Source of the DNA: Ascidiella aspersa
Taxonomy: Eukaryota
Reading direction: 5' to 3'
Assembly: GCA_963924565.1 (NCBI GenBank)
Contig: OZ004609.1
Span: 13,330,001-13,394,000, forward strand
Length of the DNA: 64,000 nt
A model generated the notes under the pieces. That model was not told the origin of the DNA. It searched no databases and saw only the letters and a program-made list of their open reading frames with translations. The translations under genes and the position numbers were made by a program. Each line of letters starts with the position of its first letter. Position 1 is the stretch's first letter. Below, one piece after another: positions 1 to 12,340 of the stretch.

Positions 1-3000
1 GGAGGTGTTCAGGCATTCATAGGAACAACGTGTGTAACGTCCAAAAACATACGTCTTTAAGAAATTTACAATAGGTGAAAAGGTTAGTAAACGTTTCCAT
101 TTAATTTTTTTTGTCTGTAATGCAATATTAAAACAGTTTGAAATATTTAATGGTCTCAAGCAGTGCTTCTCAACCTTTTTCAGTTGCGACCCACTTTTAA
201 TGCAAGTTTTATTGTGCGACCCACAATGAGATATCACCAAATTGTTCAGCAATTATTTAAAGCGCAACTTATTGGAAATAAGAATAACAGTTACATTAAA
301 TCTGCATTTTTCTAATGGTATACGTACTGAAATTATTCATGCAACAAAACACATTTAATTGATACGCATTTGATACATTGTTGCATAAATGTTACGTAAC
401 GATAATGCAATAATTTCCCGATCTTAGAAAACTGTAACATTTAGAAATGCATCGCGACCCAACTGGAATAGCTGCGCGACCCACTGGTTGGGAAGCACTG
501 GCCTAAAGTGGTAAATCAAACCCTTTTTTAATGTATTAAATATAAAGACACATCAAATGAGGGTAAGGTCCGTCGATTACGGTAGCCTATATTTTAAACT
601 CACGTCGCAGTTGCGCCGAGGTACGTCAGCTGAAATACGAAATCCACTTCTGCACGAAATATTGCATCTAGAGCCCACGTCATTGCCAGCGTCGCACGTC
701 AACACAAGTCCTGGAGTTCGAGGAATCGGGTGGCAACGTTTTCCTGTTAAAACAGATTTTAATCAAAAGCGAGACCATTGCTTTGTGGCATTTTTTAATG
801 ATAAAATTAAGTTAGTTTTGGAAATAAATGTTGATCGGGTCGTTTTTATACTGCACAATCGTCCGAATAATAATGCTAACGCGCTGTGTTGTTCCCCCCC
901 CAAAAAATACAAAACGCATAAGGCAGGGCAATTGAGAGAAGATTAACAAATGCTCTTTACTAGAGGTTTAGGCCTTTGCACCCATTTAGCATTGCTTGGG
1001 TTTCTAGTGCGTCGACTTACGTACGCACTGCCAAGTGGTTGTCGACCAGTTGCCGTCATAGTAACACGATGCTTCGTGGCCAGAAGGAATGTGGAATCCA
1101 GGGCAACATTGCGCCCTGCATATAGACCCTATCCGGTTAGAGGCGCTACATTTGAGAGCCTGTCCACAGTTGCTCGGATTAGGTAGAGATGCAGGTGAGC
1201 ATGTTGAGTTAGCTAGGGAGCTCTGTGCGTTACAAATGTTCCGTGCTACATCCCTGAAATAAACATTTAAACAAAAAAGATTTGATTACTGTAATATTTG
1301 AACAAGTCCATATTCTACAAGTATAATATTAATTATCGATAAACGTCCAATAAAACTGTGCTGACTGCTAAAAATAATAACTATTATAATTATGCTAATT
1401 TTCCATTTCAATTACTAAATTTAATTTGGAATTGAAAGATTTTAATAGTTAAATTTATATTGACATCCAGACAGTTATGGTTAAAGTCATTGAAAAGATT
1501 AAGGGAAAAAAATGGGGAGTATAAAAGCAATAAATGTTTACCGCTTATTGCGCTGTTGTTACATTATCAGAAACCAGAATCTTGATTAAGATTTGGATTC
1601 AGTGAAGGCTGAAAGGATAACCAAACGAATTGTGCTTACGGTAAAATAGAGAGCAACGCAACAAAGTTGTCGACCGTGTGTGAATAGAGCTGATCAGGAT
1701 CTGAGGCGATCGTGTCGATTTGCGCACTACCAAACGAGTTCACCCCGATTGCAATCACCTTCGATTTACGTTGAAGTTGTTCGGCTGGACCTCAAATAAA
1801 CAAACACATTTTTCGAACGCGTAAAGCGGAGTGAAACAGCGAATGTATTTTTAGATGTCTAGTAAGTCGAATGTCTATTTGGCTTTTCGCCTGTAAGTTA
1901 AATTAACTGCAATTTTTATTTATCTGAGTATAACTTTGTCAAAACTAAATGATAAAAACTATTACAACTTTCTAAATTCAGAACCCCTCTTACGTTACGA
2001 CTTCCTCATATAAGAACTTTGATCTGGAGCGAGACAAAAGTTTTAAAACATTATAGAGTAAAATTTTAAATTTTTAATGAAGTTGTATAAAACATTTCTA
2101 AGCAGAACATACTAGCTTGTTATGATGCCAAAAACATGCCTACATAAAACCTGAAGTTATGAGGTAAACAACATGCCTACGTAGAACCTGAATCAAACTA
2201 AAAGTGTGCTTAGACCACTACCTTGGAATTGTTTTATTGATGTTCAGTACATACTTGTTAAATTTGTTACATTGCCGTTTTATCAGAGTCCTCTGCCAAA
2301 TTTAATTTGGTCTGTATTGTCAGAGCTGTGCAACGACAGTCGCTCGTTTTAAAATGACGAAAACTTATTTTTTTACCTAATAAATTATTTTAGCCTTTCT
2401 GACAAGTAGAACCAAATTAGCACCCAGCTTATTTTATGTATTGTTGTTAAACCGTACATCAACTAGAAGCTCCACGTTGATTAAAAATCGACTAAACCTC
2501 CATATTCCATGTTATATTTACACTTAAAACCACGAATTGCTGTCAAAGCACTTTCGGAGACCAAATACAACTGGACCATAGAGACATAGATAAATAGCGG
2601 GGGGCAGCTCTGTAATCAGTTATGAGCTATTTGAAATAGATAACAATTTGTGAGACCGTATTTCCACTGGCTACTTATATTTTGTACCAAAAGTACCAAA
2701 TGACTGACCTATTTCAATTACTAACCTCGCACACTGTCGTGCGATTTCCCGTCTGTCAATACCACCGTAAGATGGGAAATCCCCTTCCTTCGTCCGGATT
2801 TGGCCCCGAACTTGATATCGATAGCGTGTCGGAGAGCGTCACCTGTTTTGGTGCCGCTGCCTAAATATTCGATGTTGCTCACGGCCTGTTCAAAGAGTCC
2901 AATGTGAATTTCGCGTTACAATCCCAAGCTTCCGAAAACAAATTTATAGATAGATTTGGATGGAAGAAAACTGTTTTCTGATGAACTTGCTTAACACGAA

Positions 3001-6000
3001 CTTTTGCACGCTCTTGCCTGAAAGCTTTCGTTTACATAATAAATTACGCGCGGCTTACATACCCATGCACATAGGATTGGCAACAGGATTGCCTAAAAAC
3101 ATGTGATTGCGGCAAGTGGAGTATCCTGAGGCAGGTTTTGCACGTCACGATAACCACAAAAATGATGTAATTATCTAAATGTACATAGGTCTGAACAATT
3201 TATTTTTTCTCATAAACGTATATGGTTCACAGTTATAGTATAAAAATCGCATTGTGTTTCAATGTTTATTTGACGGGCAGTTAGTTATCCTTATTGCTGG
3301 AAAATTTACTGTTTTCATTTTAGATTACGCTGAATACTTGTCGCATATAGGTCGTAACAAAAGACTAAGAAAAAGTAAGAGGCAAAACAAATTAGGTGAA
3401 AATTGCATTCCATTCCAAATACTGTATATAAAAAAGGTAAATTAAGTATTTTCGAAAGCTTTTAAATAACGCTGCCTAAAAATATGAAATTACTTGAGTC
3501 GCCGATAGCTGACTTATAGCTACCGCAATACTTTATATGACGTTTGTGATTGCTGAACTGCTTTAAAGGTTAAATAGACGTGTCACAGCAGACCAAATGA
3601 ACAAAAATCCCTCTTTGAGGTAAAACGCAGTTTAATGGCACTTAGCCTAAACATCTTTCCTCACTTAGGACAAGAGGTCGCGAACATGTTTTACATTTCG
3701 GCGATGATGACACCACGCGGAATCAACAAACATGGCTTAACAGGCCTCAGATAATCTAGTGACGAGAGGCCTAAAGGCAAATGTTACCTGCATTAGTGCG
3801 TCCTTGCTCTTGTAATCGTCGTAATTCCATAATGACGTAACCTCTCTGTTATAGCGAATTGCAGACACCTTAAAACAGATGGTCTTCGTAACTTAGTGTG
3901 TAGCTGCCCCTAGATGCCTTTTCTTTGCCACAAAACTATATGGTATTTGACAAGGTCCCAATCATATCGCGGTATGACTTAAACTATCTCGACCAGGCGC
4001 AAACAGCAAGAGCCAGTTTTGGTTTTGTTGTATGGTTGCTGTGAAGGTAACGAGCAACAAATAGTGTGGAAAACATTTAACATGGAAAACGACAGCACAG
4101 TATTTCAATGAAATTGCGATCGAGAGTTTACGAAAATCGCAAAATACGTATCTCGTTTCACAAAAGATATAAATAAAGATACCCTTTTTTGCGGGCAGTT
4201 TCATATTTTGAATTTCTCACCAGAACGCCGTGTTCGCCGATGTCAAATGTGTCAATTAGTCTTGTAACAAAATCCTTCATAACACGGAAATTTCGCTCGC
4301 CAATGCTCGATGACGAATCCAAGATAAAAAGCATATCGAACTTGGTCGAACAAACTGACGATACAAAAAGTATATTTGTTGTTACATTGTTAAAAATTTC
4401 CAAAAATATATTGCTTTTAATATCCACAAGAGTATATTATAATTTTAGAAAATGTTAGGGTACATTGACAAGACGGAATAAGACTTACATCCACACGTCA
4501 CCTTCGTACCGCTCCAATATGGGCCAATATCGGGAAAGAACAAGCAAGTTCTCTGCACAGTTTGACGCCGTTTGTTGTAAGAAGCGTCACACACATACGT
4601 GCAGTTTGAGCCAACATTATTTGAGTTGCTGCATGTCAAAGTCCCGTGATATGGCGTGAGAAGGGGAGGACAAACTAAAATAAAGCGTGTTAGAACGACT
4701 CTGGCCATTTAAACATTTTTGCTGTGATTTAACTACAGAAACAATATTTTATAATAACGCTCAATGTTAATTGGTATATTTTAATCAGTAGCAATTTTAT
4801 ACAGCCAAATGGTGGACAGTAGCAGCAAAATGTTTGCCGTAAACTATTGCACAATGAAGACAATATCGGTGGCAAGCCTGTAAAGGTTAAAACCTGTGGC
4901 CACAAGCAGATATCTGTTTAATTACAAAACATTCCAGAATCTGGCGATTGTTTTCCGAGGCATAGCTTAATTATCTCGACGTTATATCATGCTTTTGAGC
5001 CATTTTGAACGTACTGAATTTAAATGGCGGAAGAGCTACTTAATTAAACTGCCAAATAGAAATTTTCAAAATAAACAGCTTTGCAAAAGTTTAGCGAAAC
5101 TTGTGTTATTAAGTTTATCCTTCTTCTCTCAAATTCGACCAGCAGTGGAATGTTGTTTTTGAACATAAAAAATATACCTTTGAATGATAGTTCGATTTAG
5201 CTAAGCACAGATTGTGTTTTTCCTTAAATAAACTATTTCACACAAACACACCTGGTATATTAAAGGACGCTTTTATCTCGTTGCTTAGACTAGGAATGAG
5301 TGTTGCCAAAGTGCGGTAGCTTTCAGGTTGATAAACTCGTAAGCTGTTACCATACTCTCCATTGGCGATCATCTGAAGCTCAGAAAGCTTATACTTATCA
5401 ACTCCAATGCAAAATAAAGTGACGTTCTAAAGAAATACTGGTTGATATATAAATAAAATACTAATAAATAAAACAAAATGGCGGTACTGCCAGGTTACTC
5501 TAAGTGTCTATTATATGTCGCTGCGCCACAATCAAGACATATTGAAAGATAATCGATCATCCTTAACTTAACATTTGCTAATTACATTTTTGCGAGCGAA
5601 GTGTGACGCGTACGTTACGTCATCATAAGACGGACCATCAGTAAGCAATATCAAAACCCGATTGGCACTTCTGTTCGAATGCTGAAAATCTTCTTTAATC
5701 GTTTTGTTTATAGCTGCTCCAGTAAAACTTGTGTAAGGCTAAAAATAAAATTATAAATTTATCATAAAAGTACTGTTTCGCGACTAAGTAATTTTCCTTA
5801 ATATTATTAATGCGTTCATGAAACTCAAATAGCCGAATGGTAGACCTACCCGTATTTTTATTCGTGAAACATGCTCGCTAAAGCAGTGGAGAGTTTTGCA
5901 ACGACCAAGAGGGAGTTCAGTGCGTAAATAAGTTTGTCCCTTCAAAGGCACGTTTATTAACTTGTGTGAATACTGAACAACCCCAATTTGAACAGCCTCT

Positions 6001-6858
6001 GCCAAAAACAAATACAATAACATATCAATCGAAACACCGACATAACCATCTCAAAAAAGTACATATATTTAAATTAATTTAAATTTAAACTATATTGTTT
6101 CAAACATAAATTTGAACTATTAGAAACACGATCAGAGAAAACAAGCTTACAATTAAAATACATGCACTGTACATATACCGTTGGATATATCAAGTTGCGC
6201 AGCCATGTTCACAATCCAGGAAAGGATGCGTTTCCAAATTCCCTTTTCGGACACTGATCCTGACCCGTCCACGAGAAATATAATGTCAACATTTGATACT
6301 GAAAAAACAAACTATTAGAAATACATAACTATAAAACAAATTGTGTAAGCTGGGGTCTGCTTGTCAGGTTGTTACGTTCCCTATTGTGGCCATAAAGTTT
6401 AAACATTAAAGTAACAATTACAGTAATAAGAAACGATTATAAATGTGTCTGGACAGTGGTCACAGCCACACGATAACGGTAAAAAACACATTGACGCTAA
6501 TTGATTAAACACCTATAAAATTTTTTCACATTTTTCCCCTTATATACAAACTTTATCCACCAGGTTATTATAGTTACTTTAGTAGACTATATTAAAAAAA
6601 ATAATATCGCTGTGCATATTTAGGTATGGCACTACTCGCCCTGTCCCTACCGCTTACAACACTCTTCCAGGCAGGTGTTTGCAACATGCGAGACCAGTCG
6701 TTTGGTGCGTCGGTGGTAACAGGGTAGGGCCAACCGCCGACCACAGTTGAGCCCCTCTCAACATTCGATTGTGAGGTGCTTCTTTTTGTTACACCACCTC
6801 TGCTTTGACTCATGAAGTAAAGCAAAATCATACAAGTGTGCACAATGTGCAGTTTCAT
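1..6858 (-). CDS. Secreted VWA + sushi/CCP modular protein (SP-VWA-CCP-VWA-CCP-CCP...), multi-exon, 3' end beyond window
   Basis: Manual GT-AG exon joining (approx.): 6858-6651 (MKLHIVHTCMILLYFMSQSRG signal-like), 6298-6178 (VDIIFLVDGSGS), ~5999-5850, ~5738-5586 (LILLTDG), ~5426-5252, ~4675-4489 (CCP: CPPLLTP...CSNSNNVGSNCTYVC...WSG), ~4354-4221 (DMLFILDSSSS), ~3868-3788, ~2885-2726 (GTKTGDAL...VVLTDG), ~1790-1640, ~1253-1021 (CCP), ~743-604 (CCP), ~54-1. Splice phases are consistent. Confidence 0.85.
161..500. mobile_element. Non-autonomous hAT (Buster/Charlie-like) MITE
   Basis: TIRs CAGTGCTTCTCAACC / GGTTGGGAAGCACTG; GCGACCCA subterminal motifs; imperfect 8-bp TSD GTCTCAAG/GCCTAAAG. Confidence 0.8.
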
Positions 6859-8515
6859 TTCATGGATAAGTGTTTCACATACAAACTGAATCATCAACCT
6901 ATATTGTTTTTTTATATAAAATCTTTTCTGCAATTTAAATAGTGTAACTTAAGAGTGAGAAGTACTTCGATTACACTTACAGGTTATGAGGTATTTCGTT
7001 CTGGCGCTTTATATTATGGCAAAAACACAACTGCTTCCACTACAAACCTTACACGGTAAATTATCATGATTTGGTTGTATAATACTACTATACACTAATA
7101 CAACAACTAGTTAACTTTTTAAATGAAAGGAAAACTGTTTTGGCAAATTTGCACTTATGACAACAACGTCATAATACTAGCCTACTTGTACTTCTGCCTA
7201 ATTGTTTGCTGTAACTTACATAACATCACTTGACCTCAGTCTAAATTAAACCTTTCTGACAGAGTTAGTTGGTCAGTTAATCACCTAGCTTATTGTTATC
7301 TATATTGAAAAAATGATATAGTTATAATGAACTGTACCCAACTTACAGTGCTCTAGCTTGCACGCTAACCAGCTGCTAAAAGCGACTAAGCACATGAAAC
7401 CCAAATGCAGTGTTTACTATTGTGTCTCGCGATTTCTCTGTGATATGCTATTTACAGTGATGGCAGCATTGACGGCAAGTTAGCCGGCGGCAGATTTCAG
7501 TCAGTATAAAGTTGACAAAGCACAACTATTCTCATGTTGGATTATTCCTTCCACGTACATCCCACGAAAGACACGCGAATACCCCTTTCAACTTGCGAAT
7601 TTCTTAAAATGGCAATGATGTCAATACCAGGAACGATTAGGAAAATGTAAAGTCGCAATTCGCCGATTGGCTTCCATGCTTTATGCTAAGTCTGAGTAGC
7701 GCAAAAAAAATCCTGTATATTTTTTGCAATTAAATTCCTCAGCGACTCGGTTTAAATATTTCGTGACAACAGAAGAAACCCTTCAATACAACTTCCTGAT
7801 ACGTTTCTGGAGTCGGTCCAACTGGCAATGCAGACGGACGTTGCGTTTCCGGGAAAAAACGAAGGCAACTTACAGGCGCGTGCCCAAAATCAGTCAAAGG
7901 AGTATGGGCCAAAAGCAGTTTCGGCAGCTAATTTATATAGGCCGCTTAAAAAAGCCATTCCAAATTTGCGTTATCATCATATCATTAATATCGGGTAATC
8001 CCATTTTCTTTTAAATAATGCAGTTTGTGGTGAATATGAGTTCCATATATATTTTTTCGTAATATTATGTAAAATATGCTGATTGCTGACGTCATGATTT
8101 TCAAGACTAAGTCAACTGCATAATTCAAGCTACTTGATACCTTTACTTTTAGCTATTTACAGATGTAATTATATACTTAATCGCAGTCGCATATATAACC
8201 ATGTAGGCCTATATCTAAAACAATAGCCCTGGCCTATATATTTATTTAACACAGAGTTGATTTTTTATAATTTGATAGAACATAAATACCATAAGTTCTG
8301 ACACACAAAAAAAGAGGTCATAAAGCAGATAATATTTCACGTCTGATCCACATAAGTAAATGATAACATTGAAAAACTATAGAACTGTAGGAATACCACA
8401 ATTGATAACGACCTATTTATTTGTTTGCTGGCAATAATGAATATATTCCATCTATAAAAAACTGCTTTTTTCGTAAAAAAAAAAAAAAAAAAAAAAATAG
8501 CAGTTTATACCAGGG

Positions 8516-8712
8516 GTTCGAACCTCACTGCAGGCCAGTTGTTTTTCTGGCTTGCTCTGCTTGCATCATAGATCGACAGATTCGGCGAGTCTGCGATGGC
8601 TTTTCGGTGTACTATTGATACGGAAGCCGTAATCGTTGGTCATAAAGCAACTTCCGAGGGGCTAGATCACAGATGTTATTAAACACATATGTTTGTGTGT
8701 GTCTTTCATTCA
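8516..8712 (+). mobile_element. 5'-truncated copy of tRNA-derived SINE-like retroposon
   Basis: Near-identical to the element at 51.7-52.1 kb from the B box (GTTCGAACC) to the TTCATTCA tail; flanked by 12-bp direct repeat TTTATACCAGGG (8504-8515, 8713-8724). Confidence 0.9.
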
Positions 8713-8719
8713 TTTATAC

Positions 8720-8845
8720 CAGGGCTGCGGAGTCGGAGTCGGACTCGGGACTCGACGGAGTCGGCTTGTTTTGTCGAAGTCGGACTCGGGACTCGGGTAA
8801 GTCCACGTAAAACTACCCGAGTCCGACGTGCGCATGCGCAGTATC
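8720..8845 (+). mobile_element. hAT-like element end with (GAGTCG/GACTCG)n subterminal repeats
   Basis: Starts CAGGGCTGCGGAGTCGGAGTCGG; homologous reverse-strand pieces at 53170-53271 and 53440-53495. Confidence 0.7.
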
Positions 8846-9122
8846 AAATTTTAAAACTGTTAAGGCGGCAAAATGTAAGTTGTTAAAGTGTAATAGTAAA
8901 TGGTGAAATATTTTTTAACCATGTAATGCGGGTGGTTTATTTATTACATTAATATGAGTGGATTGCAAAAAATCCCCACTTTAATTTAGTTGCTTAAATG
9001 GGTAAAATACAGGTTGCAGAGTAGGGATATCATTTTTTCAGCACCTTAAAAGAGGACATTTTCTTGCCTGCAAGTAAAACGAAAGTAGAATTGTTACGTT
9101 TGAGAAAAACGTGCCATATCAA

Positions 9123-9218
9123 AGTATTGCATTCAGCTTCGAAATTAACACGTCCTTTTCTGAAACCCGGATACGTCTGGCGTAGCTCATCAGTAAACAG
9201 AGTTTTCCTTTTCAGCAT
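9123..9218 (-). pseudogene. Probable relic of a DNA-transposase N-terminus
   Basis: Translates MLKRKTLFTDELRQTYPGFRKGRVNFEAECNT, resembling the KRK..F.......P.....AEC start of Zn-finger hAT-type transposases; not continued. Resemblance judged from memory only. Confidence 0.4.
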
Positions 9219-11700
9219 TATAATGTATAGCTTATATTTTGCTTTATTGTTGTCTAAATTTAAAGAAAGCGTCTGCTGAGAACCACCTGATGCCATAGAC
9301 AAACCACCTGATGCCATAGTTCTTAATCTTTTTCAGCCGTGTCCCCCTTGGTCATTTTCTCATGCCTTGCGCCACATAATTGCAAAAAAGTTTTCGGGGA
9401 TTTCTAAATCGTTTTCTCGGGATTTCTAAATCGTTTTAGATTGTATAGTTTGTTTTTCTCAAATAAAGGAAAAAATGTCATGCCTTCCAAAATAAAAATC
9501 GTGCATCCGTCCCTGATGCCTACATAAAAACGTGCAAACTTTATTTTCTATATTTATCCAAAAAATGGCTTGGTCGTAGTACATAAAGCGGTAACTGAAA
9601 CGGGCGCTGCCAGTGCTTGACATAAATTTTGGGGTTGGGGGGTCTTGTAGGTACTACTTTTAGTTTACTGAGACCATATCAAGATGTTTTTTTTTTAGTT
9701 TTTGGTATTTCATAAACGGTTTATTCAACGTTGGTCAACAAAAAGCACGTTCTTTTTTATTCTTGCCTTTAAATGTTTTTTGAGATACTATAATAGTATA
9801 ATATCAAAGAGTTCATCATCACCTTTTTTCACTTTTGATAATAGCACTATTCTTCACCAGATCCATTATTTTTCGTGGTTATTTAAGTACGACGTCGAAC
9901 AAGATTAATATGTATATTTTATATCAGTAAAAATCTATATACAAATCAATATTATTCTATTAGTAACTTAGTAAAACTAATAATTACCGTCTTAGACAAA
10001 ATCTAAGGCAGCTCAAAGCGAATAAACTCATCACACCATTTTATAATGCGCCGAATAGGCCAAAACTTGTGATGTCTTGTTTCCAATTTAGCAGTTTTTC
10101 GTTCTTTTTAAAAAGTGTTAGTATTCTATCCCCTAAATATTTTGTCTTGTCTCAGTTAAACTGCACCATGGAATTAATGTCTTCAAAAAATAATACCTAA
10201 AAAATATATGTTATATACAGTACTTTCTACTTTATATATGTGATATACTTTATACGTAACTTAAATGGTCTTTTGATACACAACTAAGATAAATTTTATA
10301 TCACAAACCAAGGAGACAATAAAAATATCAAGATCCTACGTCCTACACTTATTTCCTAGGTTTGTCTATATTGATAAAGTGTTTATGGGGGTTCGTTGTG
10401 CTTTTAAGGTTTGAACGTTAAGTAGGCCTACTTATACTAACATTATTATTAAAATTTAACTTTTGGTAAAAGCTAACAGTTGTAATTTTTTAGAATATTT
10501 TGGGAAAGTTTACAATGTTTTACCAGGATTGGTATTAGTCGAAATGCATGTCTTAGTTTGATTTTTCTTGTGTCATTTTTACCGATAGAAGACATAACCT
10601 TTTAACAGCGCAGGCAAAATAACCACCGAGAACGTGACACTGCTGCCACCTGCTGTCATGGTCTGGCGTCACACCGTTTGCGGAGCACTGTTAACTCTAA
10701 AAAATAATTAAATTGATATGATAAAGTTTTACGTATAGCCTTTTTAAGATAAAACGAGGTTTATGTAATGGCAATAAATTAGCTTGGGTTAGGATATTAG
10801 ACAGGATTGCTCCCTAGCTTGCAACTCAACAAACATGTAAAAGGAAAATAGTAAGAGGGCGCTAGACGTCGCATTGCCAACTCAAAATTAGATTTTGCGA
10901 ATGGACAACAAATACACGTTCGTTTTATATTCTTGCACAATTTTGTTCTTTTACTTTTCAAACAGATGGGGAACAATAAACTCAATTTAAAACTGTTAAA
11001 ATGTTATTGTCGTAACTATGCGTCGGAACAGTAGGTTAAACTATCATTCGTTTTTTGTCACAGATTCCAATTCGACTTGAATATAGACTAAATCGTGCTT
11101 TTGTGAAAATGCTAATGCGGAAATTTTCAGAATTCGATGTATTCGAGGTCCAGTGGTCACATTCTATTTTATAGTTTATCTTGTCTCGATTCTAAATGTA
11201 TTTACATCAAGTCAGTCGAATACCAATTTTGCAATAAAACTGGTTAAGTCGTTTTGTATTAACCGTAGATCTGTATTTTTAAAGATTTGTTACTGTTTGT
11301 GTATCGAATATATGAAGCAAAGATTTTTAATCAAGTCGTGGAAATGCCCCTTAACAAATTTTTCTTTCTGGGTATAGTGCGTATTATTTTCCTCTCAAGT
11401 TTAGTGTAAAAATCAACACAATTTAAACATTTTATTTGGAAATAGCGAAAATATTACATCTGTTGTTAACATTGCGCCCTATGTGGGTATTTAAATGGTG
11501 ATATATAATCAGTAGGGTTTTAGCATAAAGGCACCTAGAACATCCCTTAGTGAGACTTTGAGTTTGTTTTCTCGGCACCATGGTCTCTGCTTTTAAACAG
11601 TAACTCTCCCTATTGATCAACGGTAAAGCCAACTAGCTGTCCCATTCGATCAATTCAGACTAGTCCACATAATAGCAGGACAATAAAACGCGGCTACTGA

Positions 11701-11713
11701 GTTGCCCAACAAC
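11701..11713 (+). promoter_or_regulatory. Possible RFX X-box upstream of the CNBD gene
   Basis: GTTGCCCAACAAC, near-match to GTTGCCNRGCAAC, ~630 bp upstream of the ATG of a gene family typically expressed in ciliated or sperm cells. Confidence 0.25.
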
Positions 11714-12340
11714 CATCTACCGTCGCATCTATCCTGTTTACCAGGTGTGACTGACCTGTGTTCAATTCAATATTTATTCATCTCCTTTATCTTCGTTAAC
11801 CTTTGTCCAAGGTTTGATGTGATTTATTTGATATGGCATGATCAGTTGGCTGGATATAACTTACCGGAAGCATTTCTATAACGAAGTGTTGTAAGTAGAA
11901 TCACTGGAAAACGTTAAAGCAGTAAACGAGCGCGTAAATATGTTGTTCAGCTGTTGAATAAAAATACACCGGCGGGGCAAAATACACAATCCAATTCAAT
12001 GGGTTTAACTTCACTTCGAACGTTCATTGTGCGAAATACAAAGCAATACAGACCAGCGTAATGGAAGGTTGCGAGATTTAAAAATACGTTACTGTTTTCG
12101 AGTTGACCAAGGGTTTTCGAGTTTGACTTAGCACAAGCTCATTTCGACGTTTTCTTTTGCTTCTAGCCTAATTTATAGCTGCGAAACAAAATATATTGAG
12201 ATCAGAAAATTTTCAGCTGCAATTAGCGCCTTTTGTTATACAACTTGGTCACCATTTGTTAGTGGTTTTAAAACACACACGTTAAGGTTTTATTTATGTT
12301 GACCATTTTTCTTATATAGACTTTAAGTATTGTAATTTGA

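Noticed and set aside
1542-1552. Possible 11-nt microexon in the VWA gene
   Set aside because: Flanking exons already join in frame; inclusion would introduce a stop.
6655-6810. Cys-rich minus-strand frame with in-frame TGA (6758-6760), suggesting selenocysteine or readthrough
   Set aside because: Another frame is fully open from a signal-peptide ATG (6858) to a phase-compatible donor at 6650; no SECIS evidence.
6984-7056. Plus-strand signal-peptide-like mini-exon MRYFVLALYIMAK... with flanking AG and GT
   Set aside because: No downstream exons identifiable; cannot support a gene.
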